A stretch of DNA of 64,000 bases from Candidatus Anstonellales archaeon. Lineage in GTDB: Archaea > Micrarchaeota > Micrarchaeia > Anstonellales > J096. The notes below the pieces were generated by a model, which was given only the letters and a program-made list of their open reading frames with translations, made no database searches and was not told the origin of the DNA. The position numbers were made by a program, and so were the translations under genes. Where the stretch lies: assembly GCA_038890745.1 (NCBI GenBank), contig JAWAFD010000001.1:188907-252906 (forward strand), written 5' to 3'. Positions 1-10,392 of this stretch are shown here, piece after piece (position 1 is the first letter of the stretch; each line of letters begins with the position of its first letter).

Positions 1-50
1 CAAAAACTAAAAGTGTTTGCGGATTTGAAATACCGTTGAACAAAACCCTT
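1..50 (+). other. 3' end of a probable intron in 23S rRNA (near E. coli 2449-2451), possibly with the tail of an intron-encoded ORF ending at 39
   Basis: The conserved GGGAT expected before AACAGG (51-56) is replaced by non-rRNA sequence. Frame 1 reads [12 protein letters not shown] (TGA 37-39). The exact junction is uncertain by 1-2 nt. Confidence 0.6.
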
Positions 51-555
51 AACAGGCTCGTCGCGGGCGAGAGTACACAAACCCTTTTCTTTCTTGTAAG
101 AAAGAAAAGCGTTTACGGAAAAGAAAGAACTTTTTTGTAAAGTTTGTACAAATCGACCCCGCGGCTTGGTACATCGCTGTCGGCTTGGGCCATCCTGGTG
201 GTGCAGGAGCCACCAAGGGTTGGGTTGTTCATCCATTAAAGGCCCACATGAGCTGGGTTCAGTACGTCGCGAGACAGTACGGTAGTATCTGCTGGAAGTG
301 TAGCTCTTTGAGGGAAGGGGTCTTTTAGTACGAGAGGAACTTGGACCCGGGGCCTCTGGTTTACCGGTTGTCACAGGCACTGCCGGGCAGCCACGCCCCA
401 TGGTGATAAGACCTGAAAGCATCTAAGGTCGAAGCACCTCCCAAAACTAGAGAGCAAAGCCCGCCCATAGCAGATGGGTTTGATAGGACGGTGGTGTAAG
501 CAGCAAGGGCAACCGAGCTGCTCAGCCAGCCGTTACTAAAGGGATAATCCATCTT
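51..555 (+). rRNA. rrl: 23S rRNA, 3' part (domains V-VI); 3' end approximate
   Basis: AACAGGCTCGTCGCGGGCGAGAG, GAGCTGGGTTCAG..CGTCGCGAGACAG, sarcin-ricin loop AGTACGAGAGGAAC (~328-340), CTGAAAGCATCTAAG. Confidence 0.97.
79..151 (+). other. 73-nt bulge-helix-bulge intron in the helix 89 loop of 23S rRNA
   Basis: Central helix GTAC(73-76)/GTAC(146-149), bulges ACA and AAA, outer GA/TC pairs. Removal restores GAGAGTACACATCGAC. Two internal AU-rich hairpins (84-109, 112-141). Confidence 0.85.
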
Positions 556-585
556 AAATTTGCTCGCTCTTCTCCGATGATTTCT

Positions 586-630
586 AAATCTTTGCGTTGA
601 CAATGCAAATATTTATAAAATCTTCGCATT
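586..630. promoter_or_regulatory. Three alternating-orientation 13-bp repeats around the TATA box of the ATPase gene
   Basis: AAATCTTTGCGTT (586-598), reverse complement AAATATTTGCATT (602-614), AAATCTTCGCATT (618-630); TTTATAAA lies between the last two. Confidence 0.55.
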
Positions 631-641
631 TCTATTTAAAT

Positions 642-1919
642 ATGGTGAATGTTGAGGATATTAAAACTGCTATAGTTGATAGAGAAGCTGATTTGGAAAC
701 AAGATTTCGGGAGGAAAAAATAGTGGACCGCGAGGCCCGCGCTTATGCCGAACGTCTTATTTCTAAGGATGCTGCCCTCGTTATAACAGGGCCAAGAAGA
801 TGTGGTAAGTCTATCCTTGCTTTTATGCTTGGTTCTGGTAAGAATTTTGCGTACGTTAACTTCGAGGATGAGAGGATTGCCATCCGTGCCTCGGAATTAA
901 ACAAAGTGCTTGAAGCCATATATTCGCTTAAGGGAGAAGTTGACCTTTTGATTTTTGATGAAATCCAGAATGTTCCTGGTTGGGAAAGGTTCGTATCCAG
1001 GCTTATGGGAACAAAAAAAATAATTCTTACAGGAAGCAATGCGACACTTCTTAGTAAAGAACTTGCCACATATCTAACAGGAAGGCATATAGATATAATG
1101 CTGTTTCCGTTCAGTTTTAGGGAATTTTTGGATTTAAAGGGATTTGCGTACAATGTGTACAAAACGTTTGATAGAGCCAGAATCAGAAACTATTTTGAAG
1201 AGTACATCGAGATAGGAGGTTTTCCCTTAGCACAAAAGCTTGGTAGAATTTTTCTCGCAGAGAATTACAAAGATATAATTGAGAGGGATGTTACTCAACG
1301 TTATAAAGTTAAACATCCTGCTGCTTTGAAAGAACTTGCAAAATACCTTATTTCAAACGTTTCTAATGAGATTTCTTTCAACAAAATAAAAAATATTTTA
1401 GGAGTTAAGAGTTCTCATACAATAAAACAATATTATTCCTATCTCTCAAATGCGTACTTAATTTTTATGGTTGAGCGTTTTTCATTCAAGCTTAAGGAAC
1501 GGATCCTTGCACCTAAGAAAATATACTGCATTGACAATGGCATAGTAAGCACAGTCGGGTTTAAGATTTCAGATAATAGAGGAAGGGCAATGGAAAATCT
1601 AGTTGCTGTGGAACTTCTCAGAAAGGCGAGCAAAAACAAAAAATTTGAGGTTTACTATTGGAAGGACTACCAGCAAAGAGAGGTAGATTTTGTAATCAAA
1701 AATGGAAAGAGTGTGATTGGGCTTGTACAGACCACAGCGATATCCTCTAGAGAAGAGATGGATGGAAGAGAATTGGGCGCGCTGGTTAAGGCGAGCAAAG
1801 AGCTTAGGTGCAACAACCTCCTTGTAATAACAAGAGATTATGAAGGAGAGGAGAAGGTTGGTCAGAAAAGCATTCGGTTCATTCCATTATGGAAGTGGCT
1901 TATTTTAGAACCAGAATGA
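642..1919 (+). CDS. AAA_14/DUF4143-family ATP-binding protein
   Basis: Walker A GPRRCGKS, Walker B IFDEIQ, TGSNA, YIEIGGFP, C-terminal EVDFV nuclease-like motif; start moved to ATG 642. Confidence 0.9.
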   Translation: MVNVEDIKTAIVDREADLETRFREEKIVDREARAYAERLISKDAALVITGPRRCGKSILAFMLGSGKNFAYVNFEDERIAIRASELNKVLEAIYSLKGEVDLLIFDEIQNVPGWERFVSRLMGTKKIILTGSNATLLSKELATYLTGRHIDIMLFPFSFREFLDLKGFAYNVYKTFDRARIRNYFEEYIEIGGFPLAQKLGRIFLAENYKDIIERDVTQRYKVKHPAALKELAKYLISNVSNEISFNKIKNILGVKSSHTIKQYYSYLSNAYLIFMVERFSFKLKERILAPKKIYCIDNGIVSTVGFKISDNRGRAMENLVAVELLRKASKNKKFEVYYWKDYQQREVDFVIKNGKSVIGLVQTTAISSREEMDGRELGALVKASKELRCNNLLVITRDYEGEEKVGQKSIRFIPLWKWLILEPE

Positions 1920-1932
1920 GAGTATTGTAAGC

Positions 1933-1977
1933 GCTTAGTGTATTAATTATGACATAGCTAATTAGACTACACTAAGC
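1933..1977. repeat. Imperfect inverted repeat (possible terminator or binding site)
   Basis: GCTTAGTGTA (1933-1942) / TACACTAAGC (1968-1977) with inner TTAATTA/TAATTAG, followed by a T-run. Confidence 0.5.
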
Positions 1978-2005
1978 TTTTTATACCCAACCATCTAATT
2001 TTAGA

Positions 2006-2440
2006 ATGGGTGAGCGTATGAAAGATAAGGTTTTGAGCTGGGTGTTTCTTGCACTTGGAATAGTAATAATATTGGCTTCTGTGTATGCTGTTCTTGTTTT
2101 CTCCGGGAGCGTTCTGAGCGCTATCGTTGATTTTGTTGCAAACAACGATCTGAACAAAATAAAATCCCAATGTGCAGCTTATGTTCCTGCCCAGTTTGAG
2201 GATATAAAAAGGGATTTTGCAACCATCATCCTTCCAATGCTCTACTTAGGTGTTCCGGTAACCCTGATCGTTCTCTCTGCCTTGATGTTCCAGGCGGGGT
2301 ATTACAGGAGGAAAGCAGAGGAGGCTGAGAGGGAAAAACCGCTTGAGCATAAATACAAAGAGAAGATTAGCAAGGGAAGGGAAGAGCATGAGGAGAAGCA
2401 TGGAGGAAGGCATGAAGAGGAAGGGATGGAGGAGATGTAG
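2006..2440 (+). CDS. Hypothetical membrane protein (2 TM, charged C-terminus)
   Basis: Two hydrophobic segments and a Glu/His-rich tail; start may be 2018. Confidence 0.7.
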   Translation: MGERMKDKVLSWVFLALGIVIILASVYAVLVFSGSVLSAIVDFVANNDLNKIKSQCAAYVPAQFEDIKRDFATIILPMLYLGVPVTLIVLSALMFQAGYYRRKAEEAEREKPLEHKYKEKISKGREEHEEKHGGRHEEEGMEEM

Positions 2441-2500
2441 AAGAGTCGGGTCTTAGGGGAAGTGGAAAAATTTTTATTTTAATGCGCCGATAAATAAGAG

Positions 2501-4033
2501 GTGAGAAAAACGACATCAAATGGCGCAAATCTTGGTTTTGAGCAGAAACTCTGGCAGGCAGCAGACAAGTTGAGAAGTAACATGGACGCTGCAGAGTATA
2601 AGCATGTTGTTCTTGGCCTGATTTTCTTGAAGTATATCTCTGATGCATTCAAAGAAGTCTATGAAGAATTAAAAAAAGATCCAGACGCTGATCCAGAAGA
2701 TGTTGACGAATACATTGCAAGAAGGATTTTCTGGGTTCCAAAAGAAGCGCGATGGGAGTATTTACAGGCTAACGCAAAAAAGCCAGAGATAGGAGAACTT
2801 ATAGATCATGCAATGGATGTTATCGAAAGAGACAATCCCTCATTGAAAGGTGTTCTTCCAAAAATTTATGCACGTCCTGCATTAAGCAAACAGCGCCTAG
2901 GAGAGCTAATAGATTTAATTGGCACAATAGGGCTTGGTGATAAAGAAAACAAAAGTAAGGACATTCTCGGGAGAGTTTACGAATATTTTCTTGGACAATT
3001 TGCTGCCGCAGAAGGCAAGAAAGGCGGCCAATTCTATACTCCAAGATGTATTGTAAAATTACTTGTCGAGATGCTTGAACCATACAAAGGCAGAATATTT
3101 GATCCTTGCTGTGGCTCTGGAGGAATGTTTGTTCAATCAGAAAAATTTGTTGAGGCTCATGGTGGAAGAATAGGTGACATTTCAATTTATGGTCAAGAAA
3201 GCAATCCGACAACATGGCGTCTTTGCAAAATGAACCTTGCGATAAGAAGGATTGATGCAAACATAAAGTGGGGGGATTCTTTTCATAATGATCAATTTAA
3301 GGATTTAAAAGCAGATTTTATCTTAGCAAATCCACCTTTTAACGATTCAGATTGGGGTGGCGAGTTATTGCAGGAAGATGTAAGATGGAAGTTTGGTATT
3401 CCTCCAAAAGGAAATGCTAATTTTGCATGGGTTCAGCATTTTATTCATCATCTATCACCAACAGGAATGGCTGGCTTTGTTCTTGCTAACGGCTCTTTAA
3501 GCTCAATGACTTCTAATGAAGGTGAGATAAGAAAGAATATTGTTAAAGCAGATTTGGTAGATTGTATTGTTGCTCTACCTTCACAATTATTCTATAACAC
3601 AATGATTCCAGCTTGTCTATGGTTTATTTCTCGTGATAAAAAAGATAACAAATTCAAAGATAGACGAGGGAAGATTCTGTTTATTGACGCGAGAAAAATG
3701 GGTGTAATGATAGATAGAAGACATAGAGAATTAACTGATGAGGAAATAAAGAAAATTGCCGATACTTATCATGCGTGGAGGGGAGAAAACAAACTTGAAT
3801 ATAAAGATATTCCTGGCTTTTGTAAGTCTGCTACATTAGAAGAAGTTGAAAAAAATAATTTCATTTTAACACCAGGCCGATATGTTGGCTTTGAGGAAGT
3901 AGAAGAACCAGAAGAAGTTTTCGAAGAAAAAATGAAAAAGCTAACAGCAGAACTAAAACAGCAAATGGAAGAGAGCAAAAGACTTGATGAAGAAATAAAA
4001 AAGAATTTGGAGATGCTGGGGTGGAGGGTGTAG
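2501..4033 (+). CDS. hsdM: Type I R-M methyltransferase subunit
   Basis: N-terminal [23 protein letters not shown] (motif I), NPPF (motif IV). Confidence 0.97.
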   Translation: MRKTTSNGANLGFEQKLWQAADKLRSNMDAAEYKHVVLGLIFLKYISDAFKEVYEELKKDPDADPEDVDEYIARRIFWVPKEARWEYLQANAKKPEIGELIDHAMDVIERDNPSLKGVLPKIYARPALSKQRLGELIDLIGTIGLGDKENKSKDILGRVYEYFLGQFAAAEGKKGGQFYTPRCIVKLLVEMLEPYKGRIFDPCCGSGGMFVQSEKFVEAHGGRIGDISIYGQESNPTTWRLCKMNLAIRRIDANIKWGDSFHNDQFKDLKADFILANPPFNDSDWGGELLQEDVRWKFGIPPKGNANFAWVQHFIHHLSPTGMAGFVLANGSLSSMTSNEGEIRKNIVKADLVDCIVALPSQLFYNTMIPACLWFISRDKKDNKFKDRRGKILFIDARKMGVMIDRRHRELTDEEIKKIADTYHAWRGENKLEYKDIPGFCKSATLEEVEKNNFILTPGRYVGFEEVEEPEEVFEEKMKKLTAELKQQMEESKRLDEEIKKNLEMLGWRV

Positions 4034-4034
4034 T

Positions 4035-4556
4035 ATGTTAAATAGGTTTTCAAAAATTATACTTTTTTATTTCTCGTATCTTCCGTTATTTAGCATTTTA
4101 ATAATCAGAAACATACATCATACTCAAACCATGTTGATAACTCTTGCTTCTGCTATCATCGTTGGTTTTATTTTGGTCACTTTATTGTTTAAAACCATAC
4201 AATCCGTTGTACCAAGTGAAGAAAAAATAACAATAACTGAACTTAAAAATAGTGAATATCTAAGCTTTTTAGTAACGAACATATTACCATTTATATTAGA
4301 TGACTTATCTGGAATTAGAGATATTATCTCATTTTCAATACTGCTGGTTTTAGTTGCTTACTTGTATATAGATACTTCGTTATTTTGTGTAAACCCTTTG
4401 CTAAAAATCTTTTTTAGATTTAATCTATACCATGTTATGATGGGGGATAGAAGATATTACTTAATCTCAAAAAACAAACATAAGATGATCTCATCAAAAT
4501 TAAGTGTTAAAAGAATCGGTGAGGACATCTTAATAGAGGATCAAAATGAACAATAA
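4035..4556 (+). CDS. kwaA: Kiwa anti-viral system membrane protein KwaA-like
   Basis: Four TM segments, SYLPLF near the N-terminus, EYLSFLVTNILPF, VNPLL..F.LY; overlaps a ~310-aa partner gene. Confidence 0.7.
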   Translation: MLNRFSKIILFYFSYLPLFSILIIRNIHHTQTMLITLASAIIVGFILVTLLFKTIQSVVPSEEKITITELKNSEYLSFLVTNILPFILDDLSGIRDIISFSILLVLVAYLYIDTSLFCVNPLLKIFFRFNLYHVMMGDRRYYLISKNKHKMISSKLSVKRIGEDILIEDQNEQ

Positions 4557-5484
4557 AATAAAATTTCCAGAAATAAAGAAAAATGCGGAGCTACGCTTTG
4601 TTAGGAGATACAGGCAAAAAGGTGTAACCAGGTATATTTTTTATAGAGCTAACATAAACACTGAAGTGTCACAAGTGCTTAAAGAATGGCTGAGTAAAGA
4701 AATTTCTAAAATCAGCGATAGAGAATTGACAGATTATACGGTAGATAATTTTCAAGATGTGGAGTATATCAATCTTAAAACTATTGATACCTGGGGCGAG
4801 TTCGAGCAAAAAGCGTTCACATTAGAACATCAAGAAAATGAAATATTGGAAAAAATAAAAAATCATCTAATAGCCTTTATAATTTATGTTAAACAAGATG
4901 ATGAAATAATTGGATATGTGCGAAAAATAACCCCGAAAAGTTTGTTAAATAAAAAAGGGTGGTATGTTATTTTTTTAAAAGATTCTAGCTTTAATGAAAT
5001 CAAAAAGCAAGAAGGAGTAGAGATAGATGATTTGGCTGATCTTGTGTTCAAAATCAGTAAAAATAAATCAGAAGGAGCAATTTTACAAAAGTATAATTTT
5101 AATTCCATATTTGATATTTTTGAACAGCAAAAAAATGATTCTATTAAAATACTAGAAATGAGTGACTTAATCACAAAACATCCTGAAAAAGCAGAAATTG
5201 AGAATATGGTAAAATCCGATAGACAAATCCAGCAAATGCTTCTTAATCCATTATTTAAAAGTCATGCAAAAGAGGTTGACTTTGCCACTCTAAAAAAATT
5301 AAAGGAAGAAGTAGGTGATAAAATCCATTTTGAATTAGATGAAACTAATAAAATTCCAATATTCCCTGCTGACAAAAGAAGGGAGGCCATAAAAGATTTC
5401 ATAAAAGTAATTTCTTATAGATACCAACGAGACTTGGATAGTAAGCACATATTAGAAAGTAAACCGATTAAGATGATAAAATGA
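4546..5484 (+). CDS. kwaB: KwaB-like (DUF4868-like) protein
   Basis: 312-aa soluble protein coupled to the kwaA-like gene; YVRKITP and FNSIFD-type motifs; call rests largely on context. Confidence 0.6.
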   Translation: MNNKIKFPEIKKNAELRFVRRYRQKGVTRYIFYRANINTEVSQVLKEWLSKEISKISDRELTDYTVDNFQDVEYINLKTIDTWGEFEQKAFTLEHQENEILEKIKNHLIAFIIYVKQDDEIIGYVRKITPKSLLNKKGWYVIFLKDSSFNEIKKQEGVEIDDLADLVFKISKNKSEGAILQKYNFNSIFDIFEQQKNDSIKILEMSDLITKHPEKAEIENMVKSDRQIQQMLLNPLFKSHAKEVDFATLKKLKEEVGDKIHFELDETNKIPIFPADKRREAIKDFIKVISYRYQRDLDSKHILESKPIKMIK

Positions 5485-6788
5485 GCCCCAAAACCAAATT
5501 CAAACAAACTGAAATCGGAATGATTCCCGAGGATTGGGAGGTTGGAAATTTTGAAACGGATTTAATTGTAAGAGGTCGTATTGGTTGGAGAGGTTATAAA
5601 CTCTCTGATCTAAAAAATTCTGGACCATTTGTACTTGGCGGAGAGAATATCAAATCTTTTTATTATCTTGATTTTTCAGATGTTAAACACATATCAAAAG
5701 AAAAATATGAGGAATCTCCTGAAATACAATTAAAAGCAAATGATGTATTGTTAGTTACTAGAGGAAATTTGGGTGATGTTGGACATTTTAAAGGAGAATA
5801 TGAAGAAGTCACAATTAATCCAAGTATTGTCATTCTCAGAGAGTTTAAAGGTGATTCGAGATTTTTATTCTATTTTTTAATTTCCAAACAAGGAAAATCG
5901 TTAATTGAGTCAATAAAAAGCGGTAGTTCTGTACCTGCCATTTATCAATCTCAAATACGAAAGATAAGGTACCCAAAACCGCCCCTCCCCGAGCAACGCG
6001 CCATCGCCAAAGTTCTTTCGGCATTTGATGATAAAATAGAACTCAATCAACGAATGAACAAAACTTTAGAAGCAATAGGCCAGGCAATTTTCAAGCATTG
6101 GTTTGTTGATTTTGAGTTTCCAAACGAAGAAGGCAAACCATATAAAAGCTCGGGCGGAGAGATGGTTTATAGTGAGGAATTGGGAAAAGAGATTCCAAAA
6201 GGTTGGAAAGTACAAAATATCCAAGACATATTAATATTTGAAAGAGGAATAGAACCGGGATCTAAATATTATCTTACTAGACCTTCTGAAAATAGTGTAA
6301 AATTTATTAGAGTTGGAGATATGAGCACTCCTGGAAGAGATCAAATTTTTATTCCATTAGACGTGGTTAAAGGAAAATTCTGTACTGAAGATGATATTTT
6401 ACTGTCTCTTGATGCCACACTAGGAGTTGTAAGAGTAGGAATAAAGGGTGCTTTTTCTAGTGGAATTAGAAAAGTTTATAGTAAAGAAAAAGAAATTATT
6501 CCAAAAAGTTATATTTATTGGTTATTAAAGAGTAATTATATTCAAAATACGATCTATACTTTTGCTAATGGTACAACCATACTTCATGCCGGTAAATCTT
6601 TAGATTACATGGATTTAGCAATTCCAGATAAAAATATCTTTTCGAAGTTTTCTGAAATAGCTGAGCCTCTATTTAAAAAAATTATTAATAATCTGATTGA
6701 GATACAGTATTTAGAGCAAATCCGCGATTCTCTTTTGCCAAAACTTATGTCAGGCAAAATCAGAGTACCACTGGAGGTCAGAACATGA
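5481..6788 (+). CDS. hsdS: Type I R-M specificity subunit
   Basis: [39 protein letters not shown]; two target-recognition domains. Confidence 0.96.
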   Translation: MSPKTKFKQTEIGMIPEDWEVGNFETDLIVRGRIGWRGYKLSDLKNSGPFVLGGENIKSFYYLDFSDVKHISKEKYEESPEIQLKANDVLLVTRGNLGDVGHFKGEYEEVTINPSIVILREFKGDSRFLFYFLISKQGKSLIESIKSGSSVPAIYQSQIRKIRYPKPPLPEQRAIAKVLSAFDDKIELNQRMNKTLEAIGQAIFKHWFVDFEFPNEEGKPYKSSGGEMVYSEELGKEIPKGWKVQNIQDILIFERGIEPGSKYYLTRPSENSVKFIRVGDMSTPGRDQIFIPLDVVKGKFCTEDDILLSLDATLGVVRVGIKGAFSSGIRKVYSKEKEIIPKSYIYWLLKSNYIQNTIYTFANGTTILHAGKSLDYMDLAIPDKNIFSKFSEIAEPLFKKIINNLIEIQYLEQIRDSLLPKLMSGKIRVPLEVRT

Positions 6789-9700
6789 AAAAAGCAATCT
6801 CTGAATCGGATGTTGAAGAATTTGCTTTGTCAGTTTTGGGTAGTTTTGGCTATGAAATAATAAGAGGGAATAATGAGGATTATTTACCTAATGGAAAATA
6901 TGCATTAAGGCAAAGATACGAAGATGTTGTGCTTGTTGATAGATTACGCGGGGCTTTGCGAAAGATTAATCCACATGTTTCAGAACAAGCAAGGGAGCAA
7001 GCAATAAAAGAAATTCTAAGGATAGGAAGCCAAAAACTAATTGTTGACAATGAAACCTTTCATAAGATGCTTACGGATGGAGTTAGTGTTCCAATCACAA
7101 AAGCAGGTGAAGAAAGACATGTTTTGATTAATTTGTTTGATTTTAAAGATATTAAAAATAATGATTTTCTTGTTGTTAATCAATTTACAGTAATAGAAAA
7201 CAATGTTGAAAGAAGGCCGGATATTGTTTTGTTTGTTAATGGTTTGCCTTTGGTTGTTATAGAGTTAAAAAATCCTGCTGATGAAAATGCAACAATTTGG
7301 ACAGCATATAACCAATTTCAAACATATAAAGAACAGATACCCTCTCTATTCAAATATAATGAGATATTGGTTATTAGTGATGGTATAGATGCAAGAGCAG
7401 GCACGATTACTTCTGAGCCAGAGAGGTTTATGCAGTGGAAAACAATAGATGGAGAAAAACCAAAGAAAGGGTTAACGGAAATAGAAATCCTGCTTAGAGG
7501 CATGCTCGAAAAAAACAGGCTTTTGGATATTGTAAGAAACTTTATTGTTTTTGAAAAAGATAAAGAAACAAAAAAGAAACTAGCGGCTTATCATCAATAT
7601 TGGGCGACAAATAAAGCGGTTGAATCAACTTTACAAGCAAGAAAAACAAACAAAAAAGCCGGCATTGTCTGGCATACTCAGGGTTCTGGAAAAAGTTTAA
7701 CAATGATTTTTTACACTGGAAAAATTATCAGAGAATTAGATAATCCCACGATTGTTGTTCTTACAGACAGAAACGACCTCGATGATCAGTTATTTGGCAC
7801 TTTTAGCAAGTGTCAAGATATATTAAGACAAAAACCAGTTCAGGCAAACACGAGGAAAGAACTGCGGGAATTACTAAGTGTTTCTTCCGGCGGAATAGTT
7901 TTCACAACAATACAGAAGTTTTTCCCAGAGGAAGAGAGGGAGAAATATCCTGTGCTTTCTGAGAGAGACAACATTATCGTTATAGCAGATGAAGCCCATA
8001 GAAGCCAGTATGGTTTTGCAGCAAAAATACTAAAAAAAGAAGATAAGACACTTATAACATATGGTTATGCAAAGTACTTAAGAGATGCTTTGCCCAACGC
8101 ATCATTCATTGGCTTTACTGGAACACCAATAGAAAAAGAGGACAGATCAACCCCCGCCGTGTTTGGAAAATATGTTGATGTTTATGATATAGAGCAAGCA
8201 GTGAATGATGGTGCGACTGTAAGAATATTCTACGAAAGCAGACTGGCAAAATTAGAGCTCAAACCAGAAGAAAGACCAAAGATTGACCCAGAGTTCGAGG
8301 AGGTAACAGAAGGCGAAGAAGTAGAACATAAAGAAAAGCTCAAAAGAGAATGGTCAAGACTCGAAAAGATTGCAGGCGCGCCTAGAAGAATAAGAAGGAT
8401 TGCAAAAGACATTGTAAATCATTTTGAGCAAAGGCTTTCTGTCCTTGATGGAAAAGGAATGATTGTATGCATGTCAAGGAGAATATGTATCGATCTTTAT
8501 AATGAGATAATAAAACTAAGGCCAGAGTGGCATAACAAAGATGATGATAAAGGATTTATCAAAGTTGTAATAACTGGCTCTGCTTCTGACCCGAAAGAAT
8601 GGCAACAACATATAAGAAACAAAGTCAGAAGAAAGAAAATAGGTGATAACTTCAAGGATCCGAAACATGAAACTAAATTGCTTATTGTAAGGGATATGTT
8701 CTTGACAGGTTTTGATGCGCCATCTTTACATACAATGTATCTTGATAAACCAATGAAAGGACATACTTTGATGCAGGCAATAGCAAGAGTAAACAGAGTT
8801 TATCCTGGAAAGGAAGGTGGTTTAGTTGTTGACTATATGGGTGTTGGGGCTGAATTAAAAAAAGCTCTTAGGGATTATACAGAAAGTGGTGGTAAAGGAA
8901 AACCAACGCTAGATCAAGAAGAAGCCGTCAAATTAATGTTAGAGAAATATGAAATTGTAAAGGATATGTTTTATGGATTTAATTATAGAAAATTCTTCGA
9001 GCTTTCACCACAAGAAAGAGTCAGCTTTATACCTAATGCAATAGAGCACATACTAAAAGAACCTGGGAAAAAAGAGAGATTTGAAAAAGAGACTACCGCT
9101 CTTGTTAAAGCATTCTCTTTGGCAGTTCCCCATGAAAAAGCTATGAAGATCAAGGAAGAAGTTGGCTTTTTTCAGGCATTAAAATCAACAATATCAAAAA
9201 CGATCGAAACCAAAAAAGATGTAAAGGAACAGTATGAAATAGCAATCAAACAGATTATTTCAAAAGCTGTAATCTCTGATAGAATTATAGATATATTCGA
9301 GGCCGCTGGAATTCAAAAACCAGAGATTTCAATTTTATCAGAGGATTTTTTAGCTGAAGTAAAAGAGATGCCTCAGAAAAATTTGGCTTTTGAAGCCCTA
9401 AAAAAATTATTGAACGATGAGATTAAGATAATTTCAAAAAGAAACCTTGTTCAAGGCAAATCTTTCATGGAAATGCTAGACAGAACAATAAAAAAATATA
9501 CAAATAGGGCTGTAGAGGCTGCGCAGGTTATAGAAGAATTAATAGAGTTAGCAAGAAAAGTTAGAGAAGAAAAAAACAGGGGAAAAGAGCTTGGAATGAG
9601 TGAAGATGAACTTGCATTTTATGACGCACTTGAAGTCAATGATAGCGCAGTTAAAATACTTGGCGATGAGACTTTACGAAAAATAGCACTCGAACTAACA

Positions 9701-9883
9701 CAAATGATAAGAAAAAGTGTTACAATAGACTGGACACAAAGAGAAAGCGTTCAAGCAGAGTTACGCCTCAAAGTAAAGAAAATACTAAGAAAATACGGCT
9801 ATCCACCTGATAAAGAGAAAAAGGCAACAGAAACAGTTTTAAAACAGGCCGAATTAGTTGCTGGAAATTTACTTGCTGTTTGA
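6785..9883 (+). CDS. hsdR: Type I R-M restriction subunit
   Basis: [18 protein letters not shown] nuclease motif, [26 protein letters not shown]. Confidence 0.97.
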   Translation: MKKAISESDVEEFALSVLGSFGYEIIRGNNEDYLPNGKYALRQRYEDVVLVDRLRGALRKINPHVSEQAREQAIKEILRIGSQKLIVDNETFHKMLTDGVSVPITKAGEERHVLINLFDFKDIKNNDFLVVNQFTVIENNVERRPDIVLFVNGLPLVVIELKNPADENATIWTAYNQFQTYKEQIPSLFKYNEILVISDGIDARAGTITSEPERFMQWKTIDGEKPKKGLTEIEILLRGMLEKNRLLDIVRNFIVFEKDKETKKKLAAYHQYWATNKAVESTLQARKTNKKAGIVWHTQGSGKSLTMIFYTGKIIRELDNPTIVVLTDRNDLDDQLFGTFSKCQDILRQKPVQANTRKELRELLSVSSGGIVFTTIQKFFPEEEREKYPVLSERDNIIVIADEAHRSQYGFAAKILKKEDKTLITYGYAKYLRDALPNASFIGFTGTPIEKEDRSTPAVFGKYVDVYDIEQAVNDGATVRIFYESRLAKLELKPEERPKIDPEFEEVTEGEEVEHKEKLKREWSRLEKIAGAPRRIRRIAKDIVNHFEQRLSVLDGKGMIVCMSRRICIDLYNEIIKLRPEWHNKDDDKGFIKVVITGSASDPKEWQQHIRNKVRRKKIGDNFKDPKHETKLLIVRDMFLTGFDAPSLHTMYLDKPMKGHTLMQAIARVNRVYPGKEGGLVVDYMGVGAELKKALRDYTESGGKGKPTLDQEEAVKLMLEKYEIVKDMFYGFNYRKFFELSPQERVSFIPNAIEHILKEPGKKERFEKETTALVKAFSLAVPHEKAMKIKEEVGFFQALKSTISKTIETKKDVKEQYEIAIKQIISKAVISDRIIDIFEAAGIQKPEISILSEDFLAEVKEMPQKNLAFEALKKLLNDEIKIISKRNLVQGKSFMEMLDRTIKKYTNRAVEAAQVIEELIELARKVREEKNRGKELGMSEDELAFYDALEVNDSAVKILGDETLRKIALELTQMIRKSVTIDWTQRESVQAELRLKVKKILRKYGYPPDKEKKATETVLKQAELVAGNLLAV

Positions 9884-10244
9884 ATATGCACAAAAAATAG
9901 ATGTCTGGATTAAGTCTGTTTAGAGAGGATTTTATGATATTCCTTATACCTCCCGCAAGGGCACACATCAGGCTTGGGCAAAGTTCAATCCAGACTTCTT
10001 TATCAAAATTGGAAAGTATATCTTAGTTGTGGAAATAAAATCCAATGAAGATATCACAGAAGAAAATAAAGCCAAATTGAAATATGCTAGAATACATTTC
10101 GAAGAGTTGAATAAAAAACAGAAGAAATTCAAATATTATTTCAAATTCCTTTCTCCGCAAGATTTCCCACAATTTTTTGAAGCTATAAGATCTGGGAATT
10201 ATACGAAATACACTAGCAATCTTGAAGCTGAGTTAAAGGGCTAG
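9882..10244 (+). pseudogene. 3' remnant of a type III R-M Res-like endonuclease gene
   Basis: Frame reads [46 protein letters not shown] (PD...EIK); internal TAG at 9921-9923; no N-terminal helicase part. Confidence 0.7.
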
Positions 10245-10350
10245 TCTGGCTATAACTTACCATTCTGTGATATGGTGGAACAAATTCTCTTCTTACTTTG
10301 CCTAACTTCCACCAATGGTTCATCTCCACTAGTTTCTCAACTGTTAACAT
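10213..10350 (-). pseudogene. 5' remnant of an AAA_14-type ATPase gene
   Basis: MLTVEKLVEMNHWWKLGKVRREFVPPYHR resembles the N-P/H-WW..G N-terminus of this family; truncated before Walker A. Confidence 0.55.
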
Positions 10351-10376
10351 ATTCGTTAATTATAGTTAACGAATAT
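10349..10376. promoter_or_regulatory. Perfect 11-6-11 inverted repeat (dif-like site or operator)
   Basis: ATATTCGTTAA-TTATAG-TTAACGAATAT. Confidence 0.55.
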
Positions 10377-10392
10377 TTAAATCTTTCGTTTT

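Noticed and set aside
1..151. Group I intron interpretation of the rRNA inserts
   Set aside because: The first insert does not end in G, and the second is too short and has a BHB motif.
361..603. 80-aa minus-strand ORF
   Set aside because: Antisense to 23S rRNA.
9921..9923. TAG read-through (pyrrolysine or recoding) in the Res-like frame
   Set aside because: The frame has no start and lacks the helicase region; TAG is a normal stop elsewhere (hsdM, ribK).
10029..10244. 71-aa ORF as an intact gene
   Set aside because: It begins inside the PD...EIK motif of a longer broken frame, so it is treated as a pseudogene.
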